Shown here: positions 12,339 through 24,635 of the stretch, one piece after another
Numbering within the stretch: the first letter of the stretch is position 1
How the letters are laid out: each line of letters begins with the position of its first letter
DNA from: Azolla caroliniana
Lineage: Eukaryota; Plantae; Polypodiophyta
Assembly: GCA_043228905.1 (NCBI GenBank)
Contig: JBHGNT010000001.1
Location: forward strand, 29,946,001-30,010,000
DNA: 64,000 bases
Direction: 5' to 3'
Made by a program: the position numbers and the translations under genes
The notes under the pieces: model-generated
What the model was told of the DNA's origin: nothing
Database searches by the model: none
The model's input: only the letters and a program-made list of their open reading frames with translations

Positions 12339-13350
12339 AATCATCTCTTTAGTTATGGCCCCAAAGTCTACATTGCGAAGGTCAGTGCTTGCTATAATTT
12401 GAGATATGTGCTATTTCATTACGCTGCATGTTAAAGAGAAACCCAGAGTACATCCATATTCTGATACATATATAATGTTAGCTCTGAAAGATTGTCAATA
12501 ATAAAACAATTTAATCAGAGGATAAATGCCAGCCTTTGAGAAAGAGAAGTGCTGAGAGTGTTTTCTCAGATGTGATTGTTTGTATACATACGAAACACTA
12601 TATATTTGTCTTGTATTGTTCTCCACCCTTGTATATATAGAACATCTACAAAACCTTTTTCGTAATGGCCTTTCAACATGAAACTGTGGTATCTGTTGAT
12701 TTCTGAAAAAAAAGTATCATTGTCCTTGTTATTAACCACCAAAAGCTAAATGCCATTTTGTATCTGAAAAGCAACTGATACTCCAAGTTCAACCCTGCTC
12801 TGTCTTCATGTTGCAGCTCAGTTTCCCTATCGAGATCTTGATTTCATCTGCCTATCCATAACAGAAACCCTAATTGTCTGAAATAGTTATGATTTGCAGA
12901 TACTCCGACTTCTTTAATTGTTCTTTCCATGGTCCCGGATGCTACTGCAGTCCCACTTAACGTTTGTTGTGGGATTGTGTGTTTCAAAAACGTTCCAGGA
13001 GAATTGCCACCTGAAACTGTGTTTTTTTGGCAATTTTCCACTGTTTGGGTTTATTTTCATTATTCGTTGTAGTTGACTGTTTTCTTTCTTGATTTCTTTT
13101 TGTGTTCTTGAACCCCATGGCTACAGCAAGTGGTACAGAAAAACAGTGTTGTTATGGGCCTTCTATGTATTTGTGTGGCCTGTTCCAAATGAACAAAGCA
13201 GGATGAACTACGATTAATTTATTATTCTGTGTACATAGATAGGAACAGTGGTTTGACTTCATGTTTCAGCTTTAGTCTTTCAGGGGCTGCAGCAATGTTT
13301 TTAGGGTGAAACATTTTGCATTGCTTCCGAAAGCTAAAACACATTGGTCA

Positions 13351-13538
13351 TTTTTTTTTAAGTCAATATCCTTCGTTCATTATTGTATATGCTTCTCCCT
13401 TGACATGAACTCAATAGTTATAGGCAAAAGTAAATATTTTCTTTGCCGTTATTTTTTAAGTTAATATCCTTTGTTCGTGAGTGTAGATGCTTCTCCCTTG
13501 ACACAAACTCAATAATTACAAACAAAAGTAAATGTTTC
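13351..13538. repeat. ~98-bp tandem duplication abutting the solo LTR
   Basis: TTTTTTAAGT(C/T)AATATCCTT...ATGCTTCTCCCTTGACA...AACTCAATA...CAAAAGTAAAT occurs twice. Confidence 0.8.
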
Positions 13539-13974
13539 TGTTAGAGATTATTCCTAGTGTAAGCATGAAATAAGGAAATAAATGATTGAGAGAAAGAAAG
13601 GTGCCGATCCACCCAACCACCCCCGAGTGAACCAATCGAGACGGAGTTGAGACTTGATCGGTGTCCCATACCACCACTATGGCATTGAGTTGTACTTGGT
13701 ACTGGCGCGCTCGCTACAAGATTTTCTTCACCACAAGATCACAGTCTCGACGTAGTCGAATGATGTCCCTAATTAGGGTAGCTAGGCCTCATATTTATAA
13801 TGAAACCTAAGGCCCCTAGGCAAGTTCACACTTGGCCCTTTCGGGTTGTCTCAATTCCTATAATTAAAAGTAATCTTCCCTTTACACTCTTGATCAACCC
13901 TTATACTTTATCCTTGTGTGTAGAATACTACCTTACAACTTACCACGGGATAAATTATGGTCATGCCCGTTACA
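13539..13974 (-). mobile_element. Solo LTR (436 bp) with 5-bp target-site duplication
   Basis: Termini TGTTA...TTACA, flanked by GTTTC (13534-13538) and GTTTC (13975-13979). TATAAATA on the minus strand at ~13792-13799 gives the orientation. CpG-rich relative to the flanks. Confidence 0.85.
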
Positions 13975-15429
13975 GTTTCTTTGCCATTAGAAATAACATT
14001 GAGTTGAATTCTGTGCTATTCTCTGTTGCCCAATTTTTTGTATTCGTAACTGTAATCAATTTGTAATAGTAAAGAGGATAGGTGTATGTAGCTTTGCAAG
14101 CTCCTTAGAATTTGACTTTAAATATAGACCAAGTCAAAGTCCAGATTTTGCATGGAAAGAACGGCAGTAATGTTGCCTTTTATGCTAAATATTATTTTTA
14201 AGTTGAATTGCACTAACAGGGACGTGTATACTGCATCACCTACATTAGACCCTGGTTCGCTGGAATGAAATTCTACATTTCTCTACCACCAGTCTCAGAA
14301 TTATTAAATATGGGGCAACTGAAAATATAGTTAAGAATCCAATGCATAACAATCAACCCTTCACCTAATCATAACAATTAGATGGCAAAACTGCTGTCAT
14401 TGTCTGTAACGTATGATGTATGTTGGCGAAACTGCTGGCTTCTCAAGAATTGTGAAGAAAACAAATTAGGAGCAGATTGAGACAGTCACTTTCATCATGC
14501 AATTTATTTCTATACTGATAATTTATTTTGTTTGTTAAGTAGTTTTTTATTAGATTTGTTTCTATTTAAAGTAGTTGCTAAATAGTCATTAATGCTCCTG
14601 CAGATTGCTGACACTGACTAAAGTAAAAAAAAAAGCTGCGCTGTTGGATAGGTCTTCATTGCTACCTATCTTGAGAAGTGAGGGAGAGGAGACCTTGTTG
14701 CTTTTTTAATATAGAAAATCCTCTTGTATAATGCAAGACGGTGTGTGTCAAAACTGTTTCAATTGGATGCAATTTACGTTTTAAACCTTGTGATGTGTCA
14801 AGACTAAGGTACTTCTATTATATCTTTGTCCTGTGGTCAATCTTCTGTAATTGTTACTGCTTTATTGAGGTCAATCCAATGAAATTAAAACTCAGATAAG
14901 GGTGCCCATTGAAAAAAAAATGATGCTTTGCTTTACATCCCCCGGAAGCCGTAGATCTTTTGATCGTTTTCTCAATCACAAGCATCTTTTGCTTTATGTT
15001 ATTGATATGTCCAGAAGTCTACATTATTGAGCTGATAGTTAGCAAGTGCATCGTCTGAAATAGATTCAAATGTTTTTAGTGTATGTGTACCAACTCAAGG
15101 TACATATGCATTGTTTCATATCATTTGTGTTTATGGAATGAGGTTCGAGTGAAATGAATGAATGCCGAACAAAGCAGTACCTGTCATTGACAATATCATA
15201 TATTTGGTTAGAATAGTGAAGTCAATGGCATGCATAATCAACTGGTTTTTGAATCAAGTGGGGAAGTGAGGGTTTCATTGTATTCTGCAACCCATCTGAC
15301 AATATTATGATTATTACGATTGGCAATCAGGATGAAGTTGTGGTGGCAGTGATCAAGTAGCTTTTAACTTATCTGCCAAAGATTATAAATCTGACAAGGG
15401 GGTAATTTGTTGAGGCATGTCTGTTGCAA

Positions 15430-15950
15430 CAAGTGCCTGCTTATGCAATCATTTCGTTTGTAATCTGAAATGATGACCACCAGTTGATCGATCATTACAT
15501 AAACACTAGTGTCACACCAGCTTGCTTATGCAATCCTTTCTTTTGTAATCTAAAAGATGACTACCATTGGGTCAATCAGGTCATATCATGCTCATGTAAT
15601 TAATTAGATATATTTTGTAATCTGAAAAGATGACACTACCAGTGGATAAATCATTACATAAACACTGTAGTGGCATGCCAGCATGCTTATTCAATCATTT
15701 CCTTTGCAATCCAAAAATATGACTAATAGTAGATCAATCAAATCATACCATGCTCATGTAATTAATTAGACACCTTTTGTAATGAGAAAAGATGACTACC
15801 ATTTTATCAATCACATTGTACCATGTATATGTTTATTACTAATCTTCATAAGAGATTACTACTGTTGGACCAATCGCATCAAAGAATGTGCATGTAATTA
15901 ATCAATCATGTCGCACCATGTCTGCGCCAGACATGTAATTAATCATATTT
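15430..15950. repeat. Degenerate tandem repeats of ~70-90 bp
   Basis: Recurrent TTTGTAATCT..AAAGATGACTACCA..TCAATCA and CATGTAATTAAT motifs. Confidence 0.75.
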
Positions 15951-16617
15951 CATAAGAAATTAATCACAATTCCACTGCCATTCAACTCTGTTAGAGAAAT
16001 TTTATTGAAATTGTTATCTCCCATGGAAGAATTACATGAAAATCTTACATTTAACATTCAATATATGAGAATCCTTTTACTGTATATTTGGTTCCATACT
16101 TTCCAGAAGAACCAAGTTCAGAGGTCTACACTGAATGCTAAAATAAAAAAGGAGAAGATTGAGCTTTAAGATTGGTGATAGTTTCAGATTTACAGGTCCA
16201 GGATCACCATCATTGTTGTAGAGAGAACCATGCAGCAGAAGAAAATGAAACACATCACAACATAAGCGTTCATTTTCCATTCCTGAATAAAAAGAAAGTG
16301 GAAACATATTACTACAAATATCCTACAGAATCAGAAGAATTTATATAAAACATGCAAACTTCGGGAGTGGATGGCCGCAGAAAATTAGGACTATTGTAGG
16401 CTGTCTGATTTCCTTGACTACTTTGTGATTTGTATAACATTGTCTCATACAACCATTCACCATATTTATATATAAATGGATCTCTATCAACATAATGCAT
16501 CAAAGAGCGATGCACCTTCAGATGTATCAGGTGGACCAAAGCGTAATAAAATATGTATTTAATGGTTAGCTCTTCCTTGCAAGGACTCTTACCTTGTAAA
16601 CTCTTCTGGATCATTTT

Positions 16618-18880
16618 TTATCTTGCATTGCCATAACTTGAGTTGTAATAAGGTCGTCGACCACCATTAATTGACCCTCCAATTGTTCGCAGACCATTTG
16701 AAGGATGCGATGTTATCATTTTCTGAGCTCTTTTACGTTCTTGCTCCTCTCTCTTCAATCTCTCCTCTCTTAACTCTTCAATTGTCTTTTTCCTTTTCTT
16801 TCCACAAGATGCTGATCAATTTTGAAGCAAAATTAAGTTAGATACAAAACATGCAACAGATTTCAAAAGAAACAGGTGCAAAAGTTTCAGTCGTATGTTT
16901 CCCAGAACTATAGCTGGATTTGCATATAAAGATGCAATCAATAAAAGCTGAGACAAGGAACAAATCAATAAATGATAAGACATTGGACAGACGAGAATAT
17001 CCAAATCACTAAAACTTTAGAAATCAATATATGGATATCAAAAAAAATAAAAATAGAAATTCAACCAACAAAAAATAAAGTAAACTAGAAATTCCTCATT
17101 TTCACTAAGAAAAATAACTACACTGCTTACAGGCCTAACTAGGAAGTATCAATCTAATGTACAATCCTGTGATATTCATAGTTCAGAAATATATTGTAAG
17201 CAGTTTAAGAGGATAAATTAGGAACAAGAAAAAACATAAAGTGGATATCTGTGATTTCGCAAAAAATTTGTTGATCTTACTACTACTACCACTACTACTC
17301 GGGTTCTTGGTGTGATCTAACTACTCACCAATCAATACTTTCAGACGGTTCTTTACTTTGATTTAAAATCTGCAAACCTTCCCTGAGTCAAGACTGATGA
17401 GCTTTTTCATGAGTAATGAATCGAGAACATGGTCATTCAATGATCAAAATTGAGATGCCAACCAAGAAAAGCTGTAAGAAACTTCTCATTTCATAAAGAT
17501 GAAGCGTGAATATTTTCGATTAAAAATAAGCTTCTAGGGTTGAAATCAATATCAAGGTCATTCAATGATCGAAAAACTTTATGTTTTCAGAAAGCTCAAA
17601 TTTCCTGACACAGATTTTCACCTAAATGAATGCACTTGGGGTTGGTCTGTACCATTTGAAACCCTTTCATTTGTGGATATTTAAGAAAAGATCATTCAAT
17701 GCTCAAAATCAACATGCCTACCAAGGAATGCTCTCTTTAAAATCTTTCGGACAGAATATGGCCTCCAAATATTTCTACAGAATCTCCCTACTTGAAGAGC
17801 TTACTGAACCTATCAGACAATACTTTCATCATATCTTAATTTGCGAAGGATGAAACATGGCTTTCAAAAAGTTGTTTTGCTTACATGAGGCCTGGAGTTG
17901 ATTCTCAGTTTCCCTTACTGAACCTGTTTCGGTTTTATCTGTCAAGGAGCTTCCATTAAGGTACCATGGCTTCTTCTTGTCCCTTCCCAAGCAACCATAT
18001 CCTAGCTTGTAATGCTCATCATCAGCTGTAATGCCATCTTTGCCAAGTCTTGTTGCTTCTTTCTCAGCTCTTCTGTAGAGCCTTTCAAGCTCCTTATCTC
18101 CTCTAAACATCAATTTCCTCTTCTTCTTTTTGTCCTCTTCTTCATCATCATCACCGTTATCACTTTTAAATTCAGAGCTTTCCATTCTGTCTTTCTCTCC
18201 GGGTCGCATTCTCTTGAAAGAAACAAGGCCTTCAAAAAGCTTCATCTCTTGAATGGAGACATCATCACCGGAGGGTTTCCTCTTCTCCATCTCTTGGATG
18301 AGGACGTCACCAGCCAGGGGTTTCTTTCCCTCCTTATCCTCCTCACCATTTTCCTCTCCTTTGATCTCATCAAACAAAGATGATGAAGAAGATGCATACC
18401 TGTATTTTTATTGCACCAAACTAAGTAAAAGAAGACAGTAATTTCTAACCGTATCAAAAACAAAAAAAAAGGAAGAAATTGCAGTAGGAGAAGGAGAATA
18501 ACTGGATTTTTCCAATATCATGAAACAAAGAAGAAGAAAATACTTGTCTTTTCCAATCCAATCAAGCAAAGAAGAAAGAAAGAAAGAAAAAGACGCAGAA
18601 CCAAGCAATAACATTTTTTCAATCTCATAAAGCAGAATAAAAGAATCAGATAAAAAGAAGAAAACAAAGAAACAAAAGAAGAGGAATACCTTTGTTGCTT
18701 GACTACTTGTCTGAGCTTTTCGAGCCGAGATTCTGCATCTTTCTGTCTTTCTTCTTGTCTGCGAACGTGTTCCCTCTGCGCTGCTTCTTCTTCGTCTTTC
18801 CTCACCTTCTCTCTGTTGTCGAAGTTGTACACGTTCCATTTCTTCTGCGGAAGGATGTTGAGTCCACCGTGGCCTCCCAT
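16618..18880 (-). CDS. Cir_N-domain (LENG1-like) protein, 3 exons (18880-18690, 18399-17924, 16811-16618), ~286 aa
   Basis: MGGHGGLNILPQKKWNVYNFDNREKVRKDEEEA is the N-terminal motif of the Cir_N/LENG1 family. Also YKLGYG..KKPWY, KKTIEELREERLKREEQERKRA and a YNSSY-type end. All GT-AG junctions are phase-compatible (861 nt total). Confidence 0.88.
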
Positions 18881-19484
18881 CTTCTTCTTCTTCTTCTTCT
18901 TCTTTCCTCCGTCTGCTTTCTTCTTCTTAAATTCTACTTTCTGCAAGTCGTCGTCTCCTTCTTTCTGCTTCTTCTGTCCTGTGCGCGTTGTCTGCCAGTC
19001 AGGTCTAGGTCTAGGTCTAGGTCTAGAGAACGTTTGAAAGAAACTCCCGAGGCATGTTCAGGTGGACATGGCCTCCCATCTCCACCCCTTCTTCTTCTGC
19101 TCCTTCCACGTCGCCTGCGTCTGGCGTCTGCGTCTGCAGACTGCGTCCGCGAGCAGAAGGATGAAAGATTTCATAAATTCCAGGAAATACCCTCCGCGCC
19201 GCCTCCATCATCTCCTTTTTAAGAATTCCCAAGAATACCCTCCTCCTCCCTCTCTTCTCTCTTCTCTCTTCTCTTTCTCCTCCTACACAACACAAGAGAG
19301 GCTCTTTTTGTTTCGATTTGTTGTAAAATGGCTCACTGACTTTAGAGACATATATATTCTCGTGAGCCGCCGGCTAAGAGGCGTGTGCCAATGAACCTGA
19401 CACCCTTGTAACGACCATAGACCAACACAATGTGAACACCACACCCTATCCAGGCGTCACTAATGATGCCCATATGAGCCCACC

Positions 19485-19863
19485 TAACAATCGGCAACGG
19501 TTCGGTTTGAACTGAACCGAACCGCTAAATCGTGGCTTAACGGTTTAAACGGTTCGGTTTGGTTTCAACAGTTAGAACTGCGGTTTAGCAGTTTTATTAT
19601 TTTTATTTATTTTTTAAAATTTAAAAAAAAAATTGTAAAATTTTGTTTTTAAACAATCTTTTCATTTTCATGCCTTATTCTCACATTTTAGTAAAATCTT
19701 TAAAATTTTGAAATTTTAAATAATGAAATATTTTAAATTTTAAATTTTGACCTAAGCTGAAAACTGAAACCGAACCATGAAACCATGGTTTTAACAGTTT
19801 GAAATTTTTTTAATGGTTCGGTTCGGTTTTGATCCTCTCGAACCGAACTGTTGCCAATTGTTA
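19485..19863. mobile_element. hAT-type MITE (family A) with perfect 8-bp TSD
   Basis: TIRs TAACAATCGGCAACGGTTCGGTT / AACCGAACTGTTGCCAATTGTTA, subterminal AACCG repeats, TSD AGCCCACC at 19477-19484 and 19864-19871. Confidence 0.92.
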
Positions 19864-20039
19864 AGCCCACCCTCCACACACACACACACACAAGGATTGA
19901 ACTCTCCTTGTCCATGTTGTTTGTCATGTTTGCCACCACCACCACCAAACTTTGTTTTAAGTCCAAAGAGATCATCACACACGGTGTTATTGTCATAATG
20001 TTACTGAATATTACTATTGTGTGTTATGTATACTATTGT

Positions 20040-20250
20040 GGGTTACCTAGTCCCCTTTACATAGCCCAAATTCTCAAGACTCCCAAACCACCCACATGTT
20101 CTCATGCATCATACATAGGCCCTTCTGGGTTTGTGTAAACATGTCATGATGAAGGGGGTTGCCTAGTCCCTGTTACATAGCCCAATTTCTTAAGGCTCCC
20201 AAACCATCACATGTTCTCATGCATCATACATAGGTCCTTCTGGGTTTGTC
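20040..20250. repeat. ~118-bp-period tandem duplication
   Basis: CCTAGTCCC..TTACATAGCCCAA..CTCCCAAACCA..CACATGTTCTCATGCATCATACATAGG.CCTTCTGGGTTTGT occurs twice. Confidence 0.85.
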
Positions 20251-20929
20251 TAAAGTAACTAGCTTCCCAGTTTTCCTATCCATACAACCATGAATAATAT
20301 ACATCTTAATTTGTTCCCTAAGGTCATGCATATAACACATGGCGAGCAAATTATGGAATGGAAGGACTTGACGGAGCTCAATCAAGTCATCTATGAGAGT
20401 GGAAAGACAACAGAAAAAGAAGCATTGAAAGAGGTCTATCTTCCAGGAAACCGTGGCATGTAGCAACAATATCAAGCTAGCAAATTTGATGCTTTTGAAG
20501 CTACGTCGAGAAAGCAAATAGCAATATTCAAAAAGTGGGCAAAATAATCAACACATGCAACACGCATGGCAAAGCTAATCATATGTTGGCCACAAATGAA
20601 AAACAAATGTTGCAAAGACTAACCAAGTTGGCCCTTTAGACACATTATCGATAAGAGAGAGCTCAACGCAAAGCGAAGGCCAAGTTTTTTGAGATGAATA
20701 AATTTGGGGGTTCATCCTCTATGGAAAGAGGTATCCCATGAGCACGTCAAGGTGTTCCCTTCGTAGGGTTGGTGAATCCACTTGGGTGGGTGAGCATTGT
20801 GAACATTACTACATAAAAGGAAGGAATAGACTATATATAGAGAGGACATCTAAATATATCAAAACATAATAAGTAGGATATGGGGAGAAAGGAATGATTA
20901 TAATTTATGACCAATATGATACATACATA

Positions 20930-21177
20930 CATAGTACGTAAAATTCGTGTTCGTCTAGAATAACATTCGTTTTTATACGTTGGGAAAAGAATGCGAATGT
21001 TATTCAAACGTTCTTGTGTTTTATTTTTGTTTTTTTCCTCATTTTTTTAATGTTTTTTTCCCATTTGTTTGGCTTATTTACCTCATAATAAACAGTTAAT
21101 GCAAAAGTATGATATTTATCATTCTTTGAGGGAGTTTTTCTTACACGAATGCGAATGAACGTATGGTTCATACTATG
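20930..21177. mobile_element. MITE (family B, CATAGT termini), probably hAT-derived
   Basis: Ends CATAGTAC...ATACTATG. Similar in reverse orientation to 60568-60792. TSD not clean. Confidence 0.65.
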
Positions 21178-22142
21178 CATGATACATACATTACATGCAT
21201 ACATATATCATTATATGTATGTATATTATATGTATGTATTGTATTTATGATATGTTCTGACTTACTGCTATGGAACATACAGGAAATCCAGAAAAAGGGC
21301 CGCTTCTTCTACTTCCTCTCAACACCTCTCTCCTTCTCAATCAAAGGTATGTTCTTTCCATTTAGCTATCACATAAAGAGAAAATAAATTCACCGCTGGA
21401 TCGATTAAAGCATGTATACATCATACCCTATTAATGCCTCAGCATTTCCATCTCTTGCTTCTGTGCGCATGGTTTTCTTATGGACCCCAGTTGCCTATAT
21501 TTATCGTAAACAGGTATCTCTTTTTCGTGTCTGAAAATAACAGGGATTTGTGAGAATATATCACAAATTATGGTAGGAATTCTTTTGGAAAAACCCACAA
21601 ATTTCATAGGACATTTGTGGGTTTTTCTCACTATGTCTGTAGTATATAGCGCATATGGATACACGAGCGTATGTATCTCTTCCGTTTTGAGCAGTTTGTT
21701 TTGTGTGGATCTGTGAATAGCCTAGATGGCACATGTTTGCATGTCCTGATTTTTTTTTTTCATGCATAAAATGAGAGGAAATTGTGGGAATATTGCAAAT
21801 TCATAGGAATTTTGTAGAAAATTTATCAGATTGTTTTCCTCCTTTATAAGATCTTGAAGCATACTAGAAGTGTCAGAAGTAAAGTTAAGACTGTGTAACT
21901 TCCAGTCATGGCTGTAGAATACTTAGCATACAATAAGCTCACAATATGTATGGTACCATATTCTAAGAGTATTCTCCCATTTTTAAAATACTTGGAATAC
22001 ATATTCTAAAGATAAAAAACGGTAAATACTTCTTATAGTCGTAATTCATCTAACAATTGTTTTTTGACCAAATTGCAATACGTTAAATGCATATTAAATG
22101 CGTAGAATGTATGAAACATTTTAAAACGAGTCTAAAACGTAC

Positions 22143-22560
22143 AATACTTCAGGGTATTCTAAAAGAGATTTTAAACATAAAATGTGCATTTTTTAAACAA
22201 CTATGCTTCCATTCATCAGAAACTAGGTTTAGTCATCACCATACTCTGATGCATTACTTTGAACTTTAGATGGCAAATCAGATTTCATTTTATATCCTCA
22301 AATGAAGTTTGTGCATCATTCTGAAGACAAAATTTGCCAAATGTCCACAAATGAAGGCTAGTTGAATACTTCAGGATATTCTAAAAGGTATTTTAAACAT
22401 AAAATGCACGTTTTTTTAACATGCTTCCAGTCATCACAAACTAGGTTTAGGCATCACATACTCTGATGCATTAATTTGAACTTTAAATGGCAAGTCAAAT
22501 TTCATTTTATCTCCTCAAATGAAGGTTTGTGCATCATTTTATGTTCACAAATGAAGCCTA
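22143..22560. repeat. ~225-bp tandem duplication
   Basis: AATACTTCAGG.TATTCTAAAAG...ACTAGGTTTAG...TACTCTGATGCATTA...CTCAAATGAAG.TTTGTGCATCATT occurs twice. Confidence 0.85.
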
Positions 22561-24237
22561 GACATGGCTCCAAAGACAAGATTTTCTTAATCTCCTCTGT
22601 ATATTTTGTAATGAATTCCATGTGTGGTTTTCTTCTTAATGAGATTTGTAAGAGCAGAAACCTAAATCTGCATGCCCAAAAAATGGCCAATAAAACTGAG
22701 CATTACTGGTTCTTGAATAGGCTTCACTTTGATTTCATCAAATATCAACTTGATATCACACAGTTTGTATCTCAAGAATTAAAAAATGTCCAGCCCAATG
22801 TAATTATGTTTTCTTTCTTTCATATGTAGAATAAGAATGTGATTTCCTTTATCAAAGTAGAATTGATATTCTCCAATGTCCATGTATTTGTTAGGTACAA
22901 CTCTTATGTTGGGAGATAAACAAGAATATCATCCAGATACGCACCGCAATGAAACAAATCATGTAGTTATTCCTTGTAAAAACTCAATTCAAATCCCAAG
23001 CTAGACTAGCAAAGAAATTGTATAGCTTTATGCTACATACAATGTTCCACTAAAGTGTTATCATTTAGTGAAACTTACATCACGTTCTTTTGATGGAAAT
23101 CTTTATAGAGGGAGCAAAAAATCTGAAAAAGAGTATTCTACTAAACTATACATTTCTATACATTTTTGTATCTCTCTCAATGTCATCTTCTTACTGCTTA
23201 AACTTCATTTCAAACCTTGCCAGTTACTGGAAGTTATATTTATAAAGAAGAACAAAATCTGATAAAAATGTAAACGAAGACAAATGTGGGGGAGTGACTT
23301 TTCGAAACCAATCTTCAAGTAGTTATACAAAGTCATACTCCTTTGAGCCATGGTTGACTAATAGTCTTAATGGAGATGACCAACTTAAATAAGCCCTGTT
23401 TACTTACTGAGAACATGTTGACATTAGTTAGACACCCTTCTGATGAAATAATGTGTTCTTTTGGAAAAAGATATTTTGCAGTTTATTTAGTTTATGTTTT
23501 TGGGGAAAAACTTATCCCTTACTAATTTAGTGGATGCTCTATGAAATGTTGGTTGAATGTGTCTCCTTGTATAGGGTGTGTGTTTATTTCATTCTGGATC
23601 CTCTGTTGCATTTTGTTAGTTAGATATTGTGCAGTGTTGTTGTACCTTAAGATTGTCTTTCCTTGGGAGGACGTTCAGAGAGGCAATTTATTTTTAAGAG
23701 CCCAAGTAGTCTGTAAAGGTTGGACATGAATAAGGATACAGACTATAGTTTTATGCTTTTTTTCTAGAAGTAGAGTTTCGTTTTCGAACTTTTAAGATTC
23801 TCTAATAATCAATGACTGGAATGTCACTAAAATTTTGCTTTTAAAGTTTCTTTATATCCCTTTTTTTCTTTTCTAGACGTACTTCATAATGATTTGCTAC
23901 TAATTCCTCTCTACTCCAATCTTTATATATTTTATTGATTCACATTTCATCAGGAGGTAAGAGTGCATTACATTATGTCCTTGCAATCACTGCCTTTTTA
24001 TAGTCCTTTAACTGCTATTAGTTTCTTAGTAGAAAGGTGTGCATATATATCAACCTCATGCGTAACTTTTCCAATCAAAATAGAAAAAATCTAGAATACG
24101 TTTTTAAGGGAATTAGCATGCATAAGAGGTTCTTTTTAATCTTCTGTAAACTATTTAGGTAAGAGTGCTCTTATAATGTTCTACATACATTCTTATGGCC
24201 TTGTTGCTTGTGTAGCCGTTAAGAAAAACTCCTCAAG

Positions 24238-24635
24238 ATGCCAAAGATAAATGCTAAATATGCACCAAAGAATGAGCATGATTGGATCCCCTGGCTGATT
24301 GCTGTTCTTCTCATTGCACACCTTCTGGCATTCGTATCCTTAAACAACATATTTTAGGGGAAAACGCCTAAAATATTCTGAACTTGTTTTCGGCATTTAC
24401 CAGAATAGCCCTTTTTACAATAAATTAACTTCCATGAGCATTCTGTTACTTTTTTGAAAACTTAGAGCTATTCTGTTAAATACTGCAAAAGCTGGGAGTA
24501 TTTTAGTTTTTGCCATACTGTTTATACATTATTATTGAGCATTTTTTTGATGGCTTTAAACTATCAACATTTTAGATATATTGGATGTATCGCTTAGCGG
24601 TTGAGAAACCTTCCACTCGAAGGAAAATAAACTAA
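24238..24635 (+). CDS. 51-aa single-transmembrane microprotein, 2 coding exons (24238-24333, 24576-24635)
   Basis: MPKINAKYAPKNEHDWIPWLIAVLLIAHLLAF|IYWMYRLAVEKPSTRRKIN*. Phase-0 GT..TTTTAG intron and an in-frame TAA upstream of the ATG. Resembles, from memory, a small uncharacterised plant protein with an AH..A..YW.YRLA.EK..RRK motif. Candidate UTR exon donor AAG|GTATGT near 21347. Confidence 0.75.
24357..24514. mobile_element. Small Mutator-like fold-back MITE in the microprotein intron
   Basis: Imperfect long inverted repeats GGGAAAACGCCTAAAATATTC / GAGTATTTTAGTTTTTGCC and CATTTACCAGAATAGCCCT / AGAGCTATTCTGTTAAATA. No clear TSD. Confidence 0.5.

Noticed and set aside
13539-13974. Cassandra-type (5S-containing) or complete TRIM element
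   Set aside because: No 5S rRNA A/C-box similarity and no internal direct repeats or PBS visible, so it is treated as a solo LTR.
18012-19394. Plus-strand ORFs over the LENG1-like gene
   Set aside because: Antisense shadows of GAA-rich coding and leader sequence.
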